Origin: a candidate division FCPU426 bacterium
GTDB lineage: Bacteria; Oederibacteriota; Muellerivitia; Muellerivitales; Muellerivitaceae
Length of the DNA: 64,000 nt
Reading direction: 5' to 3'
Assembly (NCBI GenBank): GCA_963771075.1
Contig: CAVYSE010000011.1
Span: forward strand, 484,929 to 548,928
A program made the translations under genes and the position numbers. The notes below the pieces were generated by a model, which did not search any database, was not told the origin of the DNA, and saw nothing but the letters and a program-made list of their open reading frames with translations. Each line of letters begins with the position of its first letter. Positions within the stretch are counted from its first letter, which is position 1. Below, piece after piece: positions 1 to 9,384 of this stretch.

Positions 1-239
1 GGGTGGTGGGACCCAAGGAAAAGGTGATCTTCAAGGACTCGGGCATCTGCGACCTGGGGCCGGATGGCATCGAAAAACCCTTTGAAGCGAACGCCCGGCT
101 GGCCCATATCCAGGGTTTCGCCATCCCGAAGGACGCGAAGCCGGGGGAATACCAGGTCCGCCTAGCCGTGTTCGACCGAAAGGGTATGAAGATCGCCCAT
201 AATGAGACGTCGGTTCAGGTGGTAAAGAAAAAGTATTAA
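1..239 (+). CDS. C-terminal fragment of a hypothetical protein (possibly Ig-like domain)
   Basis: Open frame running in from the window edge to TAA at 237-239; GC3-rich codon usage; IPKDAKPGEYQVRLAVFD resembles an Ig-like strand pattern. Confidence 0.6.
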   Translation, partial: VVGPKEKVIFKDSGICDLGPDGIEKPFEANARLAHIQGFAIPKDAKPGEYQVRLAVFDRKGMKIAHNETSVQVVKKKY

Positions 240-358
240 ACTAAAAAACCATTTGCCACGGAGACAGGGAGCCGCAGAGAAGAAAATTTTGGAAATGAAG
301 TCTTGAACCCCTTGTTCCTGTGCCTCTGGGGTGAGATTGTCCCTTGAAAGGAATAACC

Positions 359-1696
359 ATGAATCGAAAAATCAACTCATGGCTTTTAATCATCGCGCTC
401 CTCGCTGCCGTGGGGGCGGCCCAGGCGACCGGTGTGGAGGTGGTGAAGAACGTGCCGTCCACCTACATGTATCCCACTGACGGCTTCCTGCCTTTCAACA
501 TCCACCGGGGAACCCAGACCATGCTCACTCTCATGATGCCCGGATGTTCCTTCAACAACCCCCAGGGCGTGGCCTGCGCGTTGCTCGATTCGGACCATGA
601 CCCGAAACAGCCCCAAAACGACGTGGTCATCACCTGCGTGGGGGTCAACTCGGGGGCGGGCGAGATCGTTTACAACGTGGGCCTCAAGGAACTCCGGCGT
701 TTCGGCACCCAGGGGTCGGGGGAAAAACAATTCTTGAACCCGACGGGTGTCGCCATCGATTCCAAGGGCGACGTGGCCGTGGCGGACACGGGAAATGACC
801 GCATCTGCTTGCTTCACCACGACGGCATGCGCCTGACCTGGGTGAAGGCCGTGGGCAAGAAAGGCCAGGCCCCGGGCCAGTTTTCCTCCCCTTCCGGCGT
901 TGCCTATGACTCCCAGGGGCACCTTTATATCACCGACACGGGAAACAACCGCATCCAGATGATGAACCATAAGGGCCACTGTGTGGTTCTCCAAACCCCG
1001 GCCCTGGAAGGCCCGACGGGCATCGCCTGCATCGACGCGAAGGAAGCCTGGACCTTCTTTCAACAGGGGCCTTACGCCGACCGGTTAGCGGTGATCGACC
1101 AGGGGGGACAGAGGCTTCGCACCCTTACCCAGGAGGGAGGGCCCCTTTACCGCATCACCGCCGCCGATATGCCGGACGGTCCGGTTAGCCTATGGGGATG
1201 CGCCTTCGATTATTTCGGCAATGTCATCGCCACCGATACCTTGAAAGGCACCCTGCGTAAGTTTGACAAGGACCTGCGCTATGTCGCCAGCTTCGGGACC
1301 GCCGGGGACGACGATTTCCAGTTCAACGAGCCCCGGGGCATCGCTTTCAACCACCAATTCGGCCAGATCTTGGTGGCTGAGAAGAACAGCGTCCAATACA
1401 TGTGGAACGGCACGGACGTCCTCGAGTTGTCCGCGCAAAGGGACGGCGGAACGCTCAAATTTCCATTTAAATTGACGGAACGGTCCTTGTTGACCGCGGA
1501 AATCCGGGACGAGAAGGGAAAGCCGGTGGCATCGCTGGCGAAGGGCCAGGACATGGAAATGGGGAAACAGGAATTGGATTGGACACCCGAGCCGACGGTT
1601 CCCAAGGGAAGCTACACCCTTTTCCTGAGGCTGATGGCAACCTATTCCACCCGGGACCGGGTGGCGAAGGAAATTGAATTGCCGGTGACTTACTAA
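359..1696 (+). CDS. Secreted NHL-repeat beta-propeller protein with C-terminal FlgD-type Ig-like domain
   Basis: Signal peptide; repeated F-x-x-P-x-G-V-A-x-D / DTGNxR NHL motifs; C-terminal IRDEKGKPVASL...LDW...GSYTL; AAGGA RBS before ATG 359. Confidence 0.8.
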   Translation: MNRKINSWLLIIALLAAVGAAQATGVEVVKNVPSTYMYPTDGFLPFNIHRGTQTMLTLMMPGCSFNNPQGVACALLDSDHDPKQPQNDVVITCVGVNSGAGEIVYNVGLKELRRFGTQGSGEKQFLNPTGVAIDSKGDVAVADTGNDRICLLHHDGMRLTWVKAVGKKGQAPGQFSSPSGVAYDSQGHLYITDTGNNRIQMMNHKGHCVVLQTPALEGPTGIACIDAKEAWTFFQQGPYADRLAVIDQGGQRLRTLTQEGGPLYRITAADMPDGPVSLWGCAFDYFGNVIATDTLKGTLRKFDKDLRYVASFGTAGDDDFQFNEPRGIAFNHQFGQILVAEKNSVQYMWNGTDVLELSAQRDGGTLKFPFKLTERSLLTAEIRDEKGKPVASLAKGQDMEMGKQELDWTPEPTVPKGSYTLFLRLMATYSTRDRVAKEIELPVTY

Positions 1697-2199
1697 TGGA
1701 TCGGAAAAACTTGACCCGAAAAACCTGGCTGTTCTTCTTCGGGGCGGCCTGGGTTTTGCTTTTCTCTTCTTGCGCCCAAAAGAGCGAGCATCCCGACGGG
1801 ATCACCATCAATTACTACCACGGCCTGGAAGTCTCCGACCGGGTGGCGAACGACCTGATCAAGGACAACGCGAAGGACCTTTTTTCCATCCTCGACGAGG
1901 GTTTTTCCACGAGGTTGAAAACCGCAGATGAGTTGGAGCATGTCCTCCAGGATATGTTCGGCCAGTACGGACGGCCCTTGAAGGTCACCTTGAAAGCCTG
2001 CGAGACGGGTTACCGGGCCGATGGCCTGGTGGAACGGCCCCGGCGCAGTTATTTTTACACCTGCGGCACCACCAAATACCCGCTCGGCAAATATTTCGTC
2101 AAGGTGGAAGTGGTGCCCTCCCGCGATTACATGAAATTGGGTGTCACCGGTTTCGGGATCGTTGGTTTTTCCGGCAGTCCACCCGATTTCCTGAAGTAA
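1696..2199 (+). CDS. Hypothetical lipoprotein
   Basis: Coupled TAATG junction with upstream gene; hydrophobic N-terminus ending FSSC (lipobox-like). Confidence 0.7.
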   Translation: MDRKNLTRKTWLFFFGAAWVLLFSSCAQKSEHPDGITINYYHGLEVSDRVANDLIKDNAKDLFSILDEGFSTRLKTADELEHVLQDMFGQYGRPLKVTLKACETGYRADGLVERPRRSYFYTCGTTKYPLGKYFVKVEVVPSRDYMKLGVTGFGIVGFSGSPPDFLK

Positions 2200-2512
2200 G
2201 ATAATCGTTCCAACAACGGCAGACCAACAGTCCCCGGAAAACCTTCGAGAAGCAAAGAACCCCTTCTTTATCTTCGAAGTGATTAACCCATTCCTTGAAG
2301 GTTTGAATGTACTGTAAATAAATTGTAATCTCTGAAAAAGTAGGCTTTGCCGCCTTTTTCAGGAAGATACTCAAGGTAACCCCGCGATTTCCTGCGGAAA
2401 TCTTTGGGATCGAGACCTCTGATTGTCGCTCTTTTAGTGTTTTTCAGAGGTCTCAAATTAAAGATTTTGTTTGGGGATTTTGTGCCTTGTTGATGGATTT
2501 AAGTTTAGCGGT

Positions 2513-3409
2513 TTAATTTTTCCATTCCTCGTAAGCCTGGTGGGCCGCCCCGTGAAAATGAGGATGCCGGGGCTTCCAACCCAAGCTGAGCGAGCGGGTT
2601 GATTTGACTTCTTGGTTCAGGACCAGGGCGTCCGCGAAGGGGCCCATGACCTTGCGGGCGTCGTCCAGGTGCCAGGATTGGGTGTCGCCGTTCATGCCGG
2701 CGGTTTGGCTGATGGTCTTGGCGATCACGGCATAGGGAAGGGGGCTTCCGTCCACCCCATGGAAAATCCCCGAGGCTTTCTTTTCGACTACGATCCGATA
2801 CAGGTCGGCCAAGTCGTCCCGGTGGATAAGGGGCCAAATATTATTCCCCTCGCCCACGTAAGTGACCACACCCTTGGTGGCCGCGTCGTTCCAAAGGCTC
2901 GAAAGGATACCGGCTTTTCCCCCGTATACGATTCCAGGCCGGATCACGGCGCAGGCGAAATGTCCCTCGCCACCCCTCAGGGCCAGTTGTTCCACTCCAG
3001 GCCGCCAGGCCACCATGGGAAAGGCTTTGTCCGTGGGGGCGGTTTCATCCACCGCAACCCCTCCGGTCTTTCCCAAAACCCAAACTCCCGAGGTGTAAAC
3101 GAAGGATTGAATGATTCCCTGGGCGGCCATTTCCTTCAGCAAGGTTTCGACAAGGGCCTGGTCCAACCTGGCCATGTCCGGCCCCATTTCGGCGGCGGTA
3201 TGGATGACGGCTTCGCACTGTGCCGCTTGCGGGGCCCAGGACTGGGGATCTTTCAGGTCCCCTGGGAGGCCCTTCGCGCCAAGGGACTGGAGTAGGGAAG
3301 CTTTTTCCGGATCGCGGTAAAGGCCGGTTACGGAGTGGCCCGCCCCGATCAGATTTTTTACAACCGCGGAACCGATATAGCCTGTGGCGCCTGTGACGAA
3401 TACTTTCAT
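2513..3409 (-). CDS. NAD-dependent epimerase/dehydratase (atypical SDR)
   Basis: MKVFVTGATGYIG Rossmann motif, YTSGVWV, RPGIVYG, IHRDDLADLY; GGAGG RBS before ATG 3409. Confidence 0.9.
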   Translation of the reverse strand: MKVFVTGATGYIGSAVVKNLIGAGHSVTGLYRDPEKASLLQSLGAKGLPGDLKDPQSWAPQAAQCEAVIHTAAEMGPDMARLDQALVETLLKEMAAQGIIQSFVYTSGVWVLGKTGGVAVDETAPTDKAFPMVAWRPGVEQLALRGGEGHFACAVIRPGIVYGGKAGILSSLWNDAATKGVVTYVGEGNNIWPLIHRDDLADLYRIVVEKKASGIFHGVDGSPLPYAVIAKTISQTAGMNGDTQSWHLDDARKVMGPFADALVLNQEVKSTRSLSLGWKPRHPHFHGAAHQAYEEWKN

Positions 3410-3524
3410 GAAAACCTCCCCTTCATTATGATTGTGGCCGTATTGTGGGAACCCGGGGGGTTTAAAGCAAGGGCGCCTACCCGCGACCATTTATTGGGGA
3501 ATTCCGCCTAAGGTTGAGGGACTT

Positions 3525-5873
3525 ATGGGACGATATCGTTTTTCCCTTTTGATTATCGCCGTTCTTCTGCTGGCTTGCCGGTTTTTCCAAGCCCAACGGG
3601 AGTGGAAAACATGGGAAAGTCTTTTTCCGGAGCCAGCCCCGGGGGTATGGAGGGCCTGGGTGGCCGAAGAACCGGAAGTCCTCTTCAACCATCGGGAAGG
3701 ACTCCACGACACCGGGCGACTGAATGGGGTTTATGAACCCTATGTCAAGGAAGTCCGGGTGGTTTGTGTCCTGGTCTCCCGCGACGGAGCCCCCGTTCCT
3801 CCCGTGAAAGCTCGTTGCACCCTGCGGCTAAACCCCGAAGACCCGGCTCCCGCCCTGATCTCCTATGGGGAAACGGTGGAAATGACCGCGAGCCTCCTGA
3901 AGCCGCCGCCCGCGTTGAATCCCGGACAGTTCGATTATGCCCATTACCTGAAAACCAAGGGGGTGCCCTATGTGATGTATGTCCCTTCCCGCCGTTGGCA
4001 CGGGATTGAAGGGGTGCCCCGTGCGGGCGGTTTTTTCATGGAGGTTTCCTGCCGGTTGAGACGCTGGGCCCAGGAAAGGATCTATCATCTCCTGCCTTTT
4101 CCCCAAAACGCATTGCTTGACGGCATCCTCCTGGGCGAAAGAGGAGCCTTGCCCGGTGACATGGTGGAAGCCTTCATGGAAACGGGTACGGTCCATATCC
4201 TGGCCGTGTCCGGAATGATCACGGCCTTCCTGGCCGGGATACTCTTCATGTTGTTCCGGGCCAGCCAATTCCCCAGAAAAGCAGCGGCTTGGGTGACATT
4301 GGCGGGGGTCCTTTTCTTTATCGCCTTGACCGGAGCCCATCCGCCGGTATGCCGGGCGGGTCTTTTCGCGATCCTGGCCCTATTGGCCGTGCTTTTGGAA
4401 AGGCGAGTCCATGGGGGCGCCTTGCTTGCGGCTACCGCCTATGCCTTGACGGTGGCCAACCCTTTCGTCGTGGAAGACCTCTCCTTCCAAATTTCCTTTT
4501 TGGCAACGGCGGGGTTGATGGTGATGGGACGAAGATTCGAGGATAAACTGAAGTTCCTTTGGAAACCCGCGGCGGGTCTCCTGGCGGCCACGGCCGCGGC
4601 GCAAATTTCGGTCTGGGTCCTTTTGATCTACAGTTTCAATCAGTTGTCGCTCTATTCGCTCCTCGCCAATTTACTGATCGTGCCCTTGGCGCTTTTTTCC
4701 GTGGCGGCGGGATTGGCCGCGCTCGCGGCCTCCTGCCTGTCCCCCTTCTTGGGGAGCCTTTTCGCCGCGGGGAGTGATGTGGTGTTACGGTTGTTGATCT
4801 TACTGGCCCAATGGATCAACCGCTGGCCGGGGGCGAATTTCATCGCGGCCTCCCCTCCGGCTATTTGGGTTTTGTTTTTCCACGCCCTTCTACTGATCAC
4901 CTTTACCATCGCCTGGCCCAGGGTGAAACCGGAACTGCCCTCGGAGGAATGGCGCCTGCGCCAGGCCCCCATCCGTTGGGGCCGAAAGGCGTTGCCCTGG
5001 GCCTGGATCCTTTTTGCCGGGATCACCTTCATGGCATGGTGCGTTGAAAAAATCGAGCCCAAAGGTTTCCGAATCGTTTTTTTCTCGGTGGGTCACGCCG
5101 ACGCGGCGATCCTGGAGACCCCCTCGGGAAAAACCCTCGCCTTGGACGGCGGGTGGTTCAACCAGGGTTTGCCGCGATATCAAACGACCGCGGCCTATTT
5201 AAGGCATCGGGGATTCCGCCGTTTGACGGGAATCCTCAACCTTTCGGCCACCGATGAGGACGCGGGAGGACTGGCGAATTTGATCGCGGCGCTGCCGGTC
5301 TCGGATGCCTACGGCTTACCCGGGGATTATCCGGAAAGTTGGGGATGCCAGGCTTTTTTGGATGCCCTGGAGGACCAGGGCCTTCCGTTTAAAAACCTGC
5401 GGAAGGGGGATTCGATCCCCGGATTGGACGGAGCGGTGTTGAAGGTTTTGTCCTCTCCGCCGCGAAAGACGGATTTTAAAACGAAGGATACCAACCATTC
5501 CATGGCCCTGCTGGTGACACTACCTGGGTCGGATAGGCCGGTTCAAATATTATTCGCGGGCAATTGTGGGAAGGAACAAATCGGAGAAATCAAAAAAGAT
5601 TTTACGGGCCTTCTGCGCTTGGATTGGCTGGTCACCCCTCGGCACGGAGCCCTCAGCGCGGGACAGGACGAATGGGCGGAGACGCTTCGGCCTTCCCATG
5701 TCTTGGTGAGCGATTCCAAGAACCATCCGGAAGATGAAGTGTTCTACCGATCCGCCAACCCATCGTCAGTTATATTAGGTTTGGCTTCGACAGGCTCGGT
5801 TGAGGTGGAGGTGGGACCGGGGAAGCAGAGGAGATTTAGAACCTTTCGAGAGGGTATTTGGAGGGCTTTTTAA
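3525..5873 (+). CDS. comEC: ComEC/Rec2 DNA uptake channel (OB, Competence and degenerate metallo-beta-lactamase domains)
   Basis: NPGQFDY, GTVHILAVSG, SFQISFLAT, many TM helices, VGHADA...DGG start of MBL domain. Confidence 0.9.
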   Translation: MGRYRFSLLIIAVLLLACRFFQAQREWKTWESLFPEPAPGVWRAWVAEEPEVLFNHREGLHDTGRLNGVYEPYVKEVRVVCVLVSRDGAPVPPVKARCTLRLNPEDPAPALISYGETVEMTASLLKPPPALNPGQFDYAHYLKTKGVPYVMYVPSRRWHGIEGVPRAGGFFMEVSCRLRRWAQERIYHLLPFPQNALLDGILLGERGALPGDMVEAFMETGTVHILAVSGMITAFLAGILFMLFRASQFPRKAAAWVTLAGVLFFIALTGAHPPVCRAGLFAILALLAVLLERRVHGGALLAATAYALTVANPFVVEDLSFQISFLATAGLMVMGRRFEDKLKFLWKPAAGLLAATAAAQISVWVLLIYSFNQLSLYSLLANLLIVPLALFSVAAGLAALAASCLSPFLGSLFAAGSDVVLRLLILLAQWINRWPGANFIAASPPAIWVLFFHALLLITFTIAWPRVKPELPSEEWRLRQAPIRWGRKALPWAWILFAGITFMAWCVEKIEPKGFRIVFFSVGHADAAILETPSGKTLALDGGWFNQGLPRYQTTAAYLRHRGFRRLTGILNLSATDEDAGGLANLIAALPVSDAYGLPGDYPESWGCQAFLDALEDQGLPFKNLRKGDSIPGLDGAVLKVLSSPPRKTDFKTKDTNHSMALLVTLPGSDRPVQILFAGNCGKEQIGEIKKDFTGLLRLDWLVTPRHGALSAGQDEWAETLRPSHVLVSDSKNHPEDEVFYRSANPSSVILGLASTGSVEVEVGPGKQRRFRTFREGIWRAF

Positions 5874-6007
5874 GCGGTTTGGGTAGAAAAAGCCAAAAAT
5901 AATGCGTTTTTCGTGAAACCTCCATTAAAACATGGTTCTTTTACCCCAATTCAGGATATTCGAGGTATCATAAAACGTAGAAATGAAGTGTTTTTTGTGG
6001 AGGTTTA

Positions 6008-6622
6008 ATGTTTACCTTGTTCCGGGGCGCAAGTCTTAAAATCGCCAAAAATCTCATCAAGGTTACGGGTGTTCAAGAAGGTTTTCACCTTTTCCTTAAA
6101 AAGAACCTTTCCACCATCAACCAGCAAGAATTGTATGTCCGCATGCTGGCGCTGAACGCCACCAATCTTCTTCAAACCATGAAGGAGGAATTCATCAGCA
6201 AAGAAATCGACTCCGAGGACGGCCAGGACATCGTGGACGACTATGTAGTCGAAAATCTCCGCCACCAGGAATGGGTGCCGATCAAGGACGGCGCGGACCT
6301 GATGGAAAAATGCCAGAATGTCGAGGAGATCGCCCAAAAGTTCCGGATCCATTGGATGGGGGATCAGGAGCAAAATGGCCCGGAGCCCCGTTATTACTGT
6401 GTGATGGATATCCTGAGAAGGTTCGGGAACGAGAGAAACCACGACCTGCAGGATTCCCTTTACGAGTTCATCACCTTACAACATAAACATTTCACCCACT
6501 ATTTCCATACCCTCCTGGCGCCGATAGAGGCCGCCGAAAAGGAAGCGGCACCGGTACCCAAAGCTGTCGCCTCCAAGAATTTGGAAATAGCAGGCCTGCC
6601 TAAGATGGAACAATCCTTTTAA
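6008..6622 (+). CDS. Hypothetical protein
   Basis: 204-aa ORF with GGAGG RBS; no motif recognised. Confidence 0.7.
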   Translation: MFTLFRGASLKIAKNLIKVTGVQEGFHLFLKKNLSTINQQELYVRMLALNATNLLQTMKEEFISKEIDSEDGQDIVDDYVVENLRHQEWVPIKDGADLMEKCQNVEEIAQKFRIHWMGDQEQNGPEPRYYCVMDILRRFGNERNHDLQDSLYEFITLQHKHFTHYFHTLLAPIEAAEKEAAPVPKAVASKNLEIAGLPKMEQSF

Positions 6623-6757
6623 ATAGTTCGAATCTGTCGGTTGGCCGAGTTAATATCCTCCTAAAATCCAACTTGAAACCTGAGATGATCAACCCACTTG
6701 AGCTAATCCCCTTTAGAATTAAGCCCGTCTTTTAATTAAACCAAAAAAGGAAGATCA

Positions 6758-8140
6758 ATGACCGAGGTCCCCCTGAACCTTCCCATGGACGATCATGAAC
6801 TCCAATTGGTCGATGGGTTCCGGCAGAGCCGGAACACCTCGGTGTTGACCATCATGTTCACCGATATCCAGGGATTCACCAAACTCACCGAGGAGCGGGG
6901 GGACGCCTATTCCAACGAGGTGCGCCGCGCCCATGACTCGCTCCTGGTGCCTGTTATCGAGCGGGACGGCGCGGGGCGGGTGATCAAACACATCGGCGAC
7001 GCGGTGATGGCGGTCTTCAGCGAGCCTTCCACGGCCGTGTCCCGCGCCCTGGAGATCCAGGAAGTCCTGCGCCGCTATAGCGCCCAGCATTCGGACCAGC
7101 CTCCGATCCTGGTGCGCATCGGCTTGCACATGGGCCAGGTGACGGTCGAGGACAAGGTCAGCATGGACGTATTCGGACGCCACGTGAACCGGGCCTCGCG
7201 GGTAGAAGGCTTGGCCGATGGCGGCCACATTTACCTCACTTACACCGTGTTCGATTCGGCCAAGGGCTGGATGGCCGGTAAAAGTTCCGAGGCGGCCTGG
7301 GTCTCCCATGGGCGATACCGGGTAAAGGGCATCGACGAGCCCCTGGAAATATTCGAAGCTTACCGTCCCGGCGGGGTGAAGCCCCGAAGGCCCGCGGGCG
7401 CCAGGCGGCAAACCCCATGGCCGCCCTTCTCACGCGTCGCCGCACTGGTGTTGGCGGGCGCCCTGGGGATGTTATTCCTTTTGGGCCTGAAGCCCACCGT
7501 GATCTTTGAGGACCTGGGCGTCCGAACGGATACCACCGACGTGATGTTAGACCATAAGACCCGGTTGCAACTGGAGGGAAACCCCGGCGACCACCTGCGG
7601 AAATGCCTCACGAAGATCAAAGCCGGCAACCACCTGATCTATTACGACGTCAGTTACGTCACACGCTATTATTCACCCGTCACCGTGAGGAGGGGGAAGA
7701 ACATCCTCCGCCCTCAATTCGAGTATTTCGGCCTGCCGGGGGTGGAGGGCAATACCAGCTTTGATAAGCACGGGAAGAACGAGCAGGTTTTCTCCAACGC
7801 GACCACCTACGCCACATACGATGACAGCCTGGCCCGTCATGAGCATCAAGCGAACCTCACTCTGGATATGAAATCCGCCCAAGGGCCTATGTCACCTCCT
7901 GTAAAAGGGGTCAAGAAACACCACACCCTCTATTGGACCCTCGAGTGGAAGGTGGACCTGGACGGCAAAACGATTTCTTCGGATAAGACCATCGTCGAAC
8001 ATGACCCGGAGGCTTCTGACTCCACCGAGGTTAAAAAACCCCTCTGGGAGGATTCCCGCCACCGTTATGTGCTGACCTACATCCTGAACGGCATCTCCGC
8101 CCAGGGCGAGATACAGGCCGAGTATGCCGAATATAAATGA
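6758..8140 (+). CDS. Class III adenylate/guanylate cyclase with one TM helix and a C-terminal extracytoplasmic domain
   Basis: MFTDIQGFT, IKHIGDAVMA, RIGLHMG, DVFGRHVNRASRVE motifs; TM segment VAALVLAGALGMLFLLGL. Confidence 0.9.
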   Translation: MTEVPLNLPMDDHELQLVDGFRQSRNTSVLTIMFTDIQGFTKLTEERGDAYSNEVRRAHDSLLVPVIERDGAGRVIKHIGDAVMAVFSEPSTAVSRALEIQEVLRRYSAQHSDQPPILVRIGLHMGQVTVEDKVSMDVFGRHVNRASRVEGLADGGHIYLTYTVFDSAKGWMAGKSSEAAWVSHGRYRVKGIDEPLEIFEAYRPGGVKPRRPAGARRQTPWPPFSRVAALVLAGALGMLFLLGLKPTVIFEDLGVRTDTTDVMLDHKTRLQLEGNPGDHLRKCLTKIKAGNHLIYYDVSYVTRYYSPVTVRRGKNILRPQFEYFGLPGVEGNTSFDKHGKNEQVFSNATTYATYDDSLARHEHQANLTLDMKSAQGPMSPPVKGVKKHHTLYWTLEWKVDLDGKTISSDKTIVEHDPEASDSTEVKKPLWEDSRHRYVLTYILNGISAQGEIQAEYAEYK

Positions 8141-8258
8141 CCCCTTTCATCGCTGTAGTTGGATCTTTTTTCGGGACTCGCGCCGCAACCGACACACCTT
8201 TTAGGCGGGATGGGAAAGCACTTGGGTGGATGAGGAATGGGTCATTTATAGTCAAAAC

Positions 8259-9275
8259 TTATTTTGAATAGAGGTGGTACCTGATCCCGGACCATTTGGC
8301 GCGGGGGCCGGTGAGGCGTTTTTGAAGAGTGGACGGCAATTGATTTTTATCCGCGATGGTAAATCCCAGCGGCAAGTAATAACCAGGAGAAGGGGTGACC
8401 ATCCACAAATATTCCTGAAGGAATTTTTGGCTTTTCTGGGCGAATTTTTTCCTTTTCTCCAAATTTTTCCATTGGTCGCAGGCATATTCCACCAGGGAGT
8501 GGCTTAAACCCTTGCCCCGATAAACCGGGTCCACGGATATACCGGTGATTTCCAAGCAATCCTCCTGAGCGGTCACGGTCAGCCAGCCGCTGTTGAATTG
8601 TTGGACTTCCGCCACCCATGCCAGCGTTCTTTCCGGTGAGACCTCGTCCGCACGCGAATCCGAGAGCGATTTTTCAATCTCCGGCAGGTCGAAGGCCCGG
8701 GCCTCCCTCAGCACAAGAGAATTGTCCAAGGACCAAAGGGAAGAGGCGGTCAAATCGCCCCGGTACATCAAACCCCCGTTTTGGGTCGCGCGTAACCGGA
8801 TGGCTAGGTCCAAGACCTGTTCCCGGGTGGCCCATTTGCATTCCCGGACCTCGTGATGGTCGGTGAAGGCCAGTTCCGTGTCTTGGGTGGTGGCATAAAA
8901 GACGTAAGAATCCCAGGTGGCGACTTCGCCCTGAAACCCGATGTCGAGGGTGATATGGACCAAAAACCGTTTCAACTCACACTGAAGGCCCGTTTCCTCG
9001 ATGGCTTCCCGCAAGGCCCCGGCGACAAAATCCTCCCCCGGTTTGATCCCGCCCGATGGCGAACGAAAGATGCCGGGAGGATAGCTGTGCTTGGCCATCA
9101 TGCCGAAACGACCATCGGGTCCCTCGATGAGCATGGTCACGTCATGGGCGCGGTTTTGCTGAAGGCTCCGTTGAACCAGGTTCCAGCCCTGTTCATCGAA
9201 CTCATAGGTCATCCAGGGATGATAGGGATACCCGAAACGGTCTCGAATGTTGGATAATTGGGGCCGGATGAACAA
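8259..9275 (-). CDS. NUDIX hydrolase-GNAT acetyltransferase fusion
   Basis: Nudix box GGIKPGEDFVAGALREAIEETGL; acetyl-CoA motif VDPVYRGKGLS and YYLPLGF. Confidence 0.85.
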   Translation of the reverse strand: MFIRPQLSNIRDRFGYPYHPWMTYEFDEQGWNLVQRSLQQNRAHDVTMLIEGPDGRFGMMAKHSYPPGIFRSPSGGIKPGEDFVAGALREAIEETGLQCELKRFLVHITLDIGFQGEVATWDSYVFYATTQDTELAFTDHHEVRECKWATREQVLDLAIRLRATQNGGLMYRGDLTASSLWSLDNSLVLREARAFDLPEIEKSLSDSRADEVSPERTLAWVAEVQQFNSGWLTVTAQEDCLEITGISVDPVYRGKGLSHSLVEYACDQWKNLEKRKKFAQKSQKFLQEYLWMVTPSPGYYLPLGFTIADKNQLPSTLQKRLTGPRAKWSGIRYHLYSK

Positions 9276-9384
9276 AATTCAGGACGCTCCCTTTATTAGG
9301 ATACTTTCCCTAAATGAATCATAATGGATAAAAGGTTTATCCATTTTAGAGTTCGGGTGAACGCTGTCAAACAGGAGTTTCCCC

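Noticed and set aside
2144..2454. 76-aa minus ORF and 11-bp inverted repeat GAGACCTCTGA/TCAGAGGTCTC
   Set aside because: ORF has no RBS or motif and overlaps the neighbouring gene; the repeat between convergent genes is most simply a terminator-like hairpin
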